From assembly GCA_040220235.1 (NCBI GenBank), contig JAVJTO010000104.1: a stretch of 34,296 nt of DNA, one strand, 5' to 3'. The notes below the pieces were generated by a model, which worked only from the letters and a program-made list of their open reading frames with translations, did no database searches and had not been told where the DNA came from. The DNA is from Coleofasciculus sp. B1-GNL1-01. Its GTDB lineage: Bacteria > Cyanobacteriota > Cyanobacteriia > Cyanobacteriales > Coleofasciculaceae. Position numbers and translations under genes: made by a program. Positions 16,625 through 24,520 of this stretch are shown here, one piece after another (within the stretch, counting starts at the first letter, position 1; every line of letters starts with the position of its first letter).

Positions 16625-18493
16625 TTAGGACTTCTGACTCTTAGGTAAATAAGGTTCAAGGACTTCTTTGGTCGTCACCAAATCGCCAACCAAACCAATT
16701 TTACTTCGTTCAATCACACCCAAAACGTTTCGCGGATTATTTCTCGCGACCACAGGTAAGAGAAAAAGCCCCCTTGCTCCCATTCGTTTTAAAGCATCTC
16801 TCACCGATTCATCGGGATAAGCATAGAGAACTTCCTGCGTACAAATATCCCTAACTTTTGGCTGAACTTCTAACGTTTCGGACGCTTGAGATTTGATTTC
16901 GTTGATAATCCGCTTGATATCCGCTAGAGTAATAATTCCGATTAGTTGATCCGCTTCATCAAACACCAAAGCAGTATGACATTTGTCCTGAATCATGATC
17001 CAACCTGCGTGTAGCAAGGACAGGGAAGCTGGTAGTCCCACATAGGATCGCTGCATAATTGTATCAACTGGGACTTGCTGCAACACCTCCAACTCATCCT
17101 GTTTTTCCAGGTTCATACCCATTTGCTGGAGATTTAACCGCTTACCAGATGGGTAGGATTGCACTTGCTCGACGACCCAAACGGTTACACTCACCGCTGC
17201 CATTAGGGGGAGAATAATTAAATAGTTTCGCGTCAACTCAAACAGTAAGAGAATTGCCGTCAGTGGCGCTCTTACACTACCAGCAAGCACGGCTGCCATT
17301 CCCACCATGGCATAAGCCGGGGGTGGGGCAGTTTCTGATAAGCTAGGAGGTAAAATAGTCATTAAACTATTGCCATAAATAGCTCCCAAACAGGCTCCGA
17401 TAAACAGGGATGGAGCAAAAATACCTCCGACTAAGCCGCTACCTAAACTAATAGCGGTAATTATTATTTTTCCGCTTAATAATAAACCTAAAAAAACGAT
17501 TGAAAATTGTTCTCCCTTGAGAATATCTTCTAGCGTTCCATAGCCGACACCGAGAATTTGCGGCAATGGTAAAGCCATCAAACCGACACAGGCTCCTCCG
17601 AGAGCAGGTTGCATGGCTGGGGGGAGTTTTTGTAGCCAAGTCAAGCCCATAACCTCGCCTCGAAAACAAGCCTGAGCGAATTTAATTGCTTGGGTATAGG
17701 TAATCGATATTAAGCTAGCCAGTAAACCTAATCCTAAATAAAATATCCATTCCCAATTATTCAAAACTTGGTAAGTCGGTAAATCAAAAGCGGGATGAAC
17801 GCCCAAAAAGAGGCGAGCAATGATAGCAGAAATGACGGCAGCGAGAAGGATGAGACTTACGGCTGGAGTGCTAAATGCTGTGCCTAGGACAACTTCTATC
17901 GCGAAGAAGACGCCAGCAATTGGAGCATTAAATCCAGCCGCAAAACTAGCTGCTGCCCCAGCGCCTAGCAGTAAGCGATATCGCTCCTTAGACACTTGAA
18001 AAAATTGACCCAGCAGAATCCCCACATTAGAGCCAATTTCCACGCTCGGACTTTCAGGTCCCAAGGATGCCCCTGTTCCCAAAGAAATCGCCGCTGCCAA
18101 CATTTTAATAATGGGTCGCATCGGTGAGATTCTCTGCACCCTTTCATTACTTAAAAGTGCCGAAAATCCCTGACCTAAAATATGGGGATAATGCCAACGC
18201 ATGACCCCAACCACTAAGCCGCCTAAGGTGGGAATACAAACTAATGTCCACGTTCCCCAAACCGAGAGAAGTCCAAATAATTTTCCGAAGGCTAGGATTT
18301 GGCACAGATCGATTAAATGGTGAAAGGACACCATCGCTAAGCCGGCTCCACCACTAATTAAGATTGCCGAAATTAAAACTAGGGCTTCAGGTGACGGTTG
18401 TAAGCGGTTGAGCAGCGTGGTTAAACGATCTGAGAGGGATGTAAATTTCGGCTGGGGCGGTAGAAGCACCTTGGAGTTAGGAAGAGTCGTCAT
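16625..18493 (-). CDS. ClC (EriC) chloride channel family protein with C-terminal CBS pair
   Basis: SLGTGASLGPESPSVEIG, AAGFNAPIAG, GGIFAPSLFIGA, APLTAILLLFELT; two CBS domains. Confidence 0.92.
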   Translation of the reverse strand: MTTLPNSKVLLPPQPKFTSLSDRLTTLLNRLQPSPEALVLISAILISGGAGLAMVSFHHLIDLCQILAFGKLFGLLSVWGTWTLVCIPTLGGLVVGVMRWHYPHILGQGFSALLSNERVQRISPMRPIIKMLAAAISLGTGASLGPESPSVEIGSNVGILLGQFFQVSKERYRLLLGAGAAASFAAGFNAPIAGVFFAIEVVLGTAFSTPAVSLILLAAVISAIIARLFLGVHPAFDLPTYQVLNNWEWIFYLGLGLLASLISITYTQAIKFAQACFRGEVMGLTWLQKLPPAMQPALGGACVGLMALPLPQILGVGYGTLEDILKGEQFSIVFLGLLLSGKIIITAISLGSGLVGGIFAPSLFIGACLGAIYGNSLMTILPPSLSETAPPPAYAMVGMAAVLAGSVRAPLTAILLLFELTRNYLIILPLMAAVSVTVWVVEQVQSYPSGKRLNLQQMGMNLEKQDELEVLQQVPVDTIMQRSYVGLPASLSLLHAGWIMIQDKCHTALVFDEADQLIGIITLADIKRIINEIKSQASETLEVQPKVRDICTQEVLYAYPDESVRDALKRMGARGLFLLPVVARNNPRNVLGVIERSKIGLVGDLVTTKEVLEPYLPKSQKS

Positions 18494-18590
18494 CGGAGAT
18501 AAAAATCATAGCCTTGAGGGAGAACATAACCAAAAACAAGAGTTTTAGGCGTTGTTATTCAGGGTGTTTTATAAGTAGGTTGGCTTTCAT

Positions 18591-18624
18591 TAAAGTTAAC
18601 GTTTGAGATTAGGGAACTCTTAAC
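18591..18624 (-). promoter_or_regulatory. 34-bp element upstream of the ClC gene, repeated at 10275..10308
   Basis: TAAAGTTAACGTTTGAGATTAGGGAACTCTTAAC. Confidence 0.55.
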
Positions 18625-18651
18625 AGTAAAAAATCTCCTCACCTGCCAAGG

Positions 18652-18756
18652 TATAGCGCTTCGCACTGGTCTAGTTACACTTTGTTTGTACGAACATCTT
18701 ATCTGAAATCAGCGTCAGAGAAGGGAGTTGTAAATACACCAGCGCGACCTGCTATA
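18652..18756. mobile_element. MITE-like element with TATAGC termini
   Basis: TATAGCGCTTCGCACTGGT / ACCAGCGCGACCTGCTATA imperfect TIRs, about 105 bp, non-coding. Confidence 0.5.
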
Positions 18757-18789
18757 GCTGCTATATCGGACAGGGTGAAATGTATCATT

Positions 18790-18828
18790 CTGAGCAAAGC
18801 AAAGAATCGGGAGATATGCTTTGCTCAG
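18790..18828. terminator. Stem-loop downstream of ftsH
   Basis: CTGAGCAAAGCA / TGCTTTGCTCAG perfect 12-bp arms. Confidence 0.55.
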
Positions 18829-18902
18829 TAAAAAAAGGGGGTATTGAATAGGGAATGGTTACTGTCTTTGAAGACGTTCAGTCGATGACTGAACGAGTAG
18901 TT

Positions 18903-20840
18903 CTAAGCGGCGGGTTGTAACTGGGGTAATTCCTGTGGTAGTTTACCCGTTTGCAACCAATCTTGCAGTGACGCAGGCGCGATCGCGCTTTTGAGTTGCT
19001 CTTGGAGTTCTGCACCTTCGAGGATTTCCTGGTGCAAGAGAATTTCGGCGATTTGTTCAAGTAGAGTTTGATTGGTTTGCAAGATCAGCCGTGCCATCTG
19101 GTGAGCGCTGTCTACCATGTCCTTAACCTCTCGGTCAATCTCCTCAGCCACCTTGGGACTAACGGAACGGCGAGGATTTTGCCACCCCTCCAAGAATTGG
19201 GGTTGACTCTTCTCAAACGCGATCGCTCCTAAATTTTTGCTCATACCATAGAGCGTAACTGAACGCTCCGCCAAATCCGTGGCTTTTTGAATGTCATCGC
19301 CAGCACCCGTCGATACCTTACCAAAGATTAACTCTTCTGCCGAACGCCCCCCTAACAGTGTGGCAATTCGTCCCCGAATTTCATCTTCCATCATTAAGAA
19401 GCGGTCATCTTCCGGCAACTGTACGGTGTAGCCGAGAGCGCCGACACCACGGGGAACGACTGAGATTTTCTCAACGGTTCCAGCACCGGGCATTAAAGAA
19501 CCCACCAAGGCGTGACCCACTTCATGATAGGCAACGGTTTTTTTCTCAATATCGCTGAGGACACGGGATTTTTTCTCCAGTCCGGCAATCACGCGATCAA
19601 TCGCTTCATTAAAATCAGCCATAGTCACCGCCGGATGATGCTGGCGTGCAGCTAGCAAAGCCGCCTCATTTACCAGATTCGCCAAATCAGCCCCAGCAAA
19701 CCCTGGGGTTCGCGCCGCAATTTTCGCCAAATCCACCTCCTCAGCCAACTTCACATGCTGAGCATGAACCTGGAGAATCGCTTCCCGCCCGATTTTATCC
19801 GGTCGGTCTACCACAATTTGGCGATCGAAACGCCCTGGACGGCGCAAGGCTGGGTCAAGCACATCCGGACGGTTAGTTGCGGCTAGAATAATCACACCAC
19901 TATTGCCATCGAAGCCATCCATTTCTGTGAGCAACTGGTTCAGCGTCTGTTCTCGCTCATCATTGCCACCAATGAAGGGACTATTGCCACCGCGAGACTT
20001 GCCCAACGCATCTAATTCATCGATGAAAACAATACAGGGCGCCTGTTGTTTGGCTTGTTCAAATAGATCTCGCACCCGTGCAGCACCCACACCGACAAAC
20101 AATTCAATAAACTCCGAACCCGATATGCTAAAGAAGGGAACCCCTGCTTCCCCGGCTACAGCTTTTGCCAGTAAGGTTTTACCCGTTCCCGGTGGTCCCA
20201 CCAGCAGCACACCTTTGGGAATTTTCGCACCCATCTGGGTATAGCGACTTGAGTCTCTAAGAAACTCAACCACTTCTTGGAGTTCGGCTTTAGCTTCATC
20301 CACCCCAGCCACATCGTCAAATTTGATCCCTGTACTTCCTTCAGAGTAGATTCGAGCCTTACTCTGACCCACCGTCAACGCCGCAGGACCTCCCCCCTGA
20401 TTCCGACTCAACAGCCACCCCCAGATGCCAAAAAAGATCAAAGGTGGCACAATCCAACCCAGTACCGTTGAGAGCCAACCCAAGTTGTCCGGTGGCGGAG
20501 CGGCAAACTCCACATCATTTTCTCTTAATATCTTCGGTAAATCCAGATCAATCGCTACGGGTGTGGTGACGAAGACACGGGGAGGTTCAGAAGGGCTGTT
20601 AGGTTCGGGTTTGAGGGTGTACTGAATTCGCTCAGGTCCGACAATGGCACGCTTGACTTTACCCGCTTCGACTTGCTCAATAAAGTCACTATAGGGTACG
20701 TCTCGATAATGAGAACCTAAGCTGGGAATAATCGCTAAATTCAATAGGAGTAGGATGGTGATGAAGGTAAGCAGGCTACCACCAATTTCTTTGAGTTTTG
20801 GGGGTTTTGGGAATGGTTTATTATTCGTTTCAACTGCCAT
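18903..20840 (-). CDS. ftsH: ATP-dependent zinc metalloprotease FtsH (FtsH4-like)
   Basis: Two TMs, Walker A GPPGTGKT, Walker [34 protein letters not shown] zinc motif. Confidence 0.96.
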   Translation of the reverse strand: MAVETNNKPFPKPPKLKEIGGSLLTFITILLLLNLAIIPSLGSHYRDVPYSDFIEQVEAGKVKRAIVGPERIQYTLKPEPNSPSEPPRVFVTTPVAIDLDLPKILRENDVEFAAPPPDNLGWLSTVLGWIVPPLIFFGIWGWLLSRNQGGGPAALTVGQSKARIYSEGSTGIKFDDVAGVDEAKAELQEVVEFLRDSSRYTQMGAKIPKGVLLVGPPGTGKTLLAKAVAGEAGVPFFSISGSEFIELFVGVGAARVRDLFEQAKQQAPCIVFIDELDALGKSRGGNSPFIGGNDEREQTLNQLLTEMDGFDGNSGVIILAATNRPDVLDPALRRPGRFDRQIVVDRPDKIGREAILQVHAQHVKLAEEVDLAKIAARTPGFAGADLANLVNEAALLAARQHHPAVTMADFNEAIDRVIAGLEKKSRVLSDIEKKTVAYHEVGHALVGSLMPGAGTVEKISVVPRGVGALGYTVQLPEDDRFLMMEDEIRGRIATLLGGRSAEELIFGKVSTGAGDDIQKATDLAERSVTLYGMSKNLGAIAFEKSQPQFLEGWQNPRRSVSPKVAEEIDREVKDMVDSAHQMARLILQTNQTLLEQIAEILLHQEILEGAELQEQLKSAIAPASLQDWLQTGKLPQELPQLQPAA

Positions 20841-20886
20841 TTTATTTAGCTCCTTGACGATGAACGTTATTATTCGGAACTGTCAG

Positions 20887-21264
20887 TTATGGCGAGGGGT
20901 TTAACCCATCCGTGGACTCACCAACCGCCTCAGAGGATGTCAAATTTGGCAGGGGTGTGTTTTCCGGAAGCGGATCAGACGATGGTGGAGAACTAGGTTG
21001 ATTAGTCGGTGTTTGCAGCGCTCGGCTGAGAATTTCGTTAAGCTGTTTTAGCTGTCCGGTAATGACGGCATTGGAGAAATTTTCGCGAATACTGACTTCT
21101 AACGTTTGCAGTTGATCTCGTAGGGCTTCGAGTTGGTTGAGTGAAACTTGTGGCACTTGCTGACTCAATTCCACAGTTCGCTTGCTCAGTTCCTTGGCTT
21201 GCTGATTCAGTGAGTTAATTAAAGTTTTGAGCTGTTCAAATTGTTGAATGCTGACTTGATACTT
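20887..21264 (-). pseudogene. Coiled-coil ORF, possibly a 5'-truncated remnant
   Basis: Frame stays open 30 codons upstream of GTG 21174 (KYQVSIQQFEQLKTLINSLNQQAKELSKRT) with heptad character but no ATG before the stop at 21265-21267. Confidence 0.45.
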
Positions 21265-21429
21265 TTATGGTAACGACTACACAACTTGATCTGACTTGAA
21301 AAAATGGTCAGATAAAACCATTGAATTTCTGATCGCTTTCAGCCAGCTTTTACATCAGAAACCCAATGGTCTTAATGGGGAAGGATGAAATGGCAGAGAG
21401 TAGCCACACATCCTTGTTTCTTTACCCTT

Positions 21430-21550
21430 TATACCAAATCCGGGTTAGCTACCCTCGTTATCACCCAGTCCGCGTAGGCGGACGAAAGTTTGTGTAGCAG
21501 CGATTTCAATCGCCATAGCAAAAAAGGGTTTTCAAAGCGAATTTGGTATT
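21430..21550. mobile_element. MITE with ATACCAAATCCG terminal inverted repeats carrying REP-like hairpins
   Basis: TATACCAAATCCG ... CGAATTTGGTAT; internal GTCCGCGTAGGCGGAC and GCGATTTCAATCGC hairpins. Confidence 0.7.
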
Positions 21551-21597
21551 ACCCCTTCTAGCCAAAGATGCTGTGAAACTCCAGCAGTAAGAGACGA

Positions 21598-22035
21598 TTA
21601 GCCGATGTTCACTTTAACGACTTTATTCTTCTCTTCTTCGGCTTTCGGAAGTGTGAGGTGCAAAATACCATTTTTGTATTCAGCGTGAACCTCAGTATTC
21701 TGCACTCGTGCGGGTAAATAAATCACCCGGCGGAAGCTACCATAGCGGAATTCGCTGCGCTTGGTGCCATTATCTTCCGTTTGAGTTTCTTGTTTGCGTT
21801 CCCCGCTAATCGAGACGGTTTCAGCGGAGACTTGCAAGTCGATATCGTTAGGTTCTAGCCCCGGAACTTCCAGTTTCAGATGGATAGCATCAGGGGTTTC
21901 CTGCATCTCAGCCGCTGGGGTAAACGTAGTTGCCCACCCATCTCCGTCTGTCGTCATTAAATTGTCAAACAGACGGTTCATTTGCCGTTGTAAGCTGTCA
22001 ATTTCTTGAAACGGTTGCCAACGAACTAAAGCCAT
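21598..22035 (-). CDS. hspA: Hsp20/alpha-crystallin small heat-shock protein, copy 2
   Basis: MALVRWQPF, EVPG, EFRYGSFRRVIYLP, AEYKNGILHLTLPK; AAGGAGG RBS before ATG 22035. Confidence 0.93.
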   Translation of the reverse strand: MALVRWQPFQEIDSLQRQMNRLFDNLMTTDGDGWATTFTPAAEMQETPDAIHLKLEVPGLEPNDIDLQVSAETVSISGERKQETQTEDNGTKRSEFRYGSFRRVIYLPARVQNTEVHAEYKNGILHLTLPKAEEEKNKVVKVNIG

Positions 22036-22071
22036 AATTGTTACCTCCTTACAATTTGCAGTAATGACCAC

Positions 22072-22180
22072 AAAGAGCGTTGAGAAGGTTGATTTGCCTT
22101 GCTCTTTCGATAATCTAAGGTACAAGAACGCTCAGAATGATTGGGTTCGGTTTGCCACCCCTAGGAAAGTGGGGATTCCC
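22072..22180 (-). promoter_or_regulatory. hsp20 copy 2 promoter/5'UTR
   Basis: Same hairpin, TAGATT, GTTCGGTTTGC.ACCC and GGGATT motifs as copy 1. Confidence 0.65.
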
Positions 22181-22514
22181 TCAATATTTAGTTGGCGTGG
22201 GTAAGTTTACGGCTGTACTAGAGGATGACTTGTACTGGAGGATGACTTTTTTACCCAACTCAGTTACTTGCCAAAGCTGGATTGATCAGAAAATCCGATA
22301 GGAGAGGTAGTCTTCCGCTTTTTCCCTTTTCGATAAGTCTAGAGTCATAAGCCCGAACTCCAACAGGCGCACTAGGGCAAAGTTTGCCAATCATTAAGTT
22401 TTGTCACAAAAGGCAGAATAGCTGGAGATATTCCCAGAGTAATAACGAAGGCAAAACATTGAAGATGACGACGGTGGGAAAAGGAGAGGGTTAAGTTTTG
22501 AGTATTGAATAACT

Positions 22515-23426
22515 ATGGATGAACAACTGACGCCGTTGATTCTCAAGGTTCAGCAGTACAAATGCTCCCCAGAACAACGGCGCAATGCTGTAACCGAACT
22601 GGTTGATGAAATTCTGCGATCGCGTAAAATTTGTCGCCCCCTGAATCGTCAACCCCTGACAGGGATTTACTGGACAATCTATCAGCAGGTACGAGAGCAA
22701 CTTAGGCAGACTCTGGAACAGGATATTAATCAGTACAATTTGTCAAGTCCTGGGGTGAGAGACTGGATCAGTATCCGACGCGATCGCGCTTTTAGAACTG
22801 TTCTCACTGATGAGTCTCTCAAACAGTTCGCCCTAGACGCCCAACAGCATCCCCCCGGTAGCGAAGCCCGAAATCACGCTTTGCGGGAATTGGTGCAAGC
22901 CATTGGGCTATCGGGAAAACTGAGTCGCCCGCATCTGGGACAATTTCAACCCGAATTTTATGCCCTCATTTATGATGAGGCAGTGAATCAAACCTTGATG
23001 TATATTTGCCAACACATTGACTACTATGACCCCAATCGAGGCAAACGTCAACAATTTATGACCTGGGTAAATTTTCGCTTGAATAAGCAAATCCTCGATT
23101 CCTATCGAGACTGCCGAAATTATTCATTCCAGACGGTTTCCTCCCTGGCGGATTTAGAGAATATACCCCAACCCGAAGCCGCGATTCCGGTGTCCGATCA
23201 GATAGCCGATTGGATTCGTGACGATGCGGACAATCAATTTAAACGGCACTATATTCGCAATCGCCCTGATGCTAATTTTCAAGCTATTGCCTTAGCCACC
23301 TTAGCCGAAAAGAGTTGGGAACAGATTGCGGCTGAGTTTGGTATCAGTGCGTCAACATTGAGTAGTTTTTTCTATCGCTGTTGTCATAAATTTGCGCCCA
23401 AATTTCAGCAATATTTGTCTAACTAA
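22515..23426 (+). CDS. Sigma-70-family (ECF-like) factor with duplicated N-terminal module
   Basis: Region-2-like YDEAVNQTLMYICQHIDYYDPNRG...FMTWVNFRL; region-4-like HTH KSWEQIAAEFGISASTLSSFFYRC. Confidence 0.72.
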   Translation: MDEQLTPLILKVQQYKCSPEQRRNAVTELVDEILRSRKICRPLNRQPLTGIYWTIYQQVREQLRQTLEQDINQYNLSSPGVRDWISIRRDRAFRTVLTDESLKQFALDAQQHPPGSEARNHALRELVQAIGLSGKLSRPHLGQFQPEFYALIYDEAVNQTLMYICQHIDYYDPNRGKRQQFMTWVNFRLNKQILDSYRDCRNYSFQTVSSLADLENIPQPEAAIPVSDQIADWIRDDADNQFKRHYIRNRPDANFQAIALATLAEKSWEQIAAEFGISASTLSSFFYRCCHKFAPKFQQYLSN

Positions 23427-23442
23427 CGTTCAGGATTAAGAG

Positions 23443-24411
23443 ATGCCAACCATGACAATTAACACCATTCATCCGTTTACATTTACTGTACCACTTGGCT
23501 GGAAAGCCCATGCCGCAGCCGAACAACAACGGCGTAGTCAAAGGAATCCGGAAAAAGCCAAACAGGTTTATCTGAATACCTTAGCCGTTTATGCGGTACA
23601 TATTTATTTGCAATGCCAAGGATTTAACACCGACTGGCAGAAACGAGACAGTGCTAATCCAGTAATGCAGACACTGCTGGATAGTGCTGATTTACCGGTG
23701 AAACATTGTGGAACTTTAGAGTGTAGACCTGTATTACCCGATGCTGAAACGGTTTATATTCCCGCCGAGGTTTTTCAGGAACGAATTGCCTATGTCGCTG
23801 TGCAGTTCAATGACTCCTTACGGGAAGCGACGCTATTGGGATTTGCGGAAACGGTGACGACTCAAACATTACTTTTGGAAAAATTACAACCTCTAGAGAA
23901 TTTGACCGTTTATCTGAATCAAATTCGCCAAGCTAATTCCCCCAAACTGCCTGTTAATTTGCGTCAATGGTTAGAGAATAGCTTTGAGAAAGGATGGCAG
24001 ACGGTAGAATCTCTGTTAGGTGCAGAAGTGGGAAATGTCGCCTTTGCCTTTCGGGATGCATCTCAGTTGCAATTGAGACATCAGCCAATTGTCAAGCGGG
24101 CAAAGATCATTGATTTAGGCATGGCACTAGCCGATCGATCTGTAGCCTTACTGGTTGCGATTATACCTCTCAAGGAGCAGAAAATCAGTATACTGATACA
24201 AGTGCATCCAGGGTCTGGTGAACGGTACTTATCCCCAAATCTTCAACTCACGTTGTTATCGGAAGCTGGAGAAACCCTTCAGGAGGTTTCATCCCGGAGT
24301 TTAGATAATTTTATCCAACTCCCCCGCTTTCGTTGTAATTCAGGAGAACGGTTTACGATACAAGTATCGCTTCAGGGTGTCAGCGTTAGCGAGGAGTTTT
24401 TTGTCGGATAG
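23443..24411 (+). CDS. DUF1822 family protein
   Basis: AKQVYLNTLAVYAV..YL, G.LECRPV, ERIAYVAVQ, ATLLGF, VNLRQWL..F..GWQ, C-terminal beta domain (ILIQVHP..GE.YL.PNL.L.LLSE.GE.LQEV.SR..DNFIQL). Confidence 0.82.
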   Translation: MPTMTINTIHPFTFTVPLGWKAHAAAEQQRRSQRNPEKAKQVYLNTLAVYAVHIYLQCQGFNTDWQKRDSANPVMQTLLDSADLPVKHCGTLECRPVLPDAETVYIPAEVFQERIAYVAVQFNDSLREATLLGFAETVTTQTLLLEKLQPLENLTVYLNQIRQANSPKLPVNLRQWLENSFEKGWQTVESLLGAEVGNVAFAFRDASQLQLRHQPIVKRAKIIDLGMALADRSVALLVAIIPLKEQKISILIQVHPGSGERYLSPNLQLTLLSEAGETLQEVSSRSLDNFIQLPRFRCNSGERFTIQVSLQGVSVSEEFFVG

Positions 24412-24422
24412 TTGTCTAAGTC

Positions 24423-24484
24423 GGGGCGGGTTTAGTTGCATCAGGGTGAGGTAAAAAACGATAATAGTGAAACCCGCCCCTACA
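24423..24484. repeat. REP-like hairpin GGGGCGGGTTT...AAACCCGCCCCTAC
   Basis: Inverted arms; same family in opposite orientation at 32378..32438. Confidence 0.75.
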
Positions 24485-24486
24485 AA

Positions 24487-24514
24487 ACCAATCACCAATC
24501 ACCAATCGCCAATT
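24487..24514 (+). repeat. Short tandem heptamer repeat (STRR-like)
   Basis: ACCAATC x3 plus GCCAATT. Confidence 0.7.
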
Positions 24515-24520
24515 AATCCT

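Noticed and set aside
19358..20625. Plus-strand ORFs overlapping ftsH
   Set aside because: Antisense shadows of a conserved gene.
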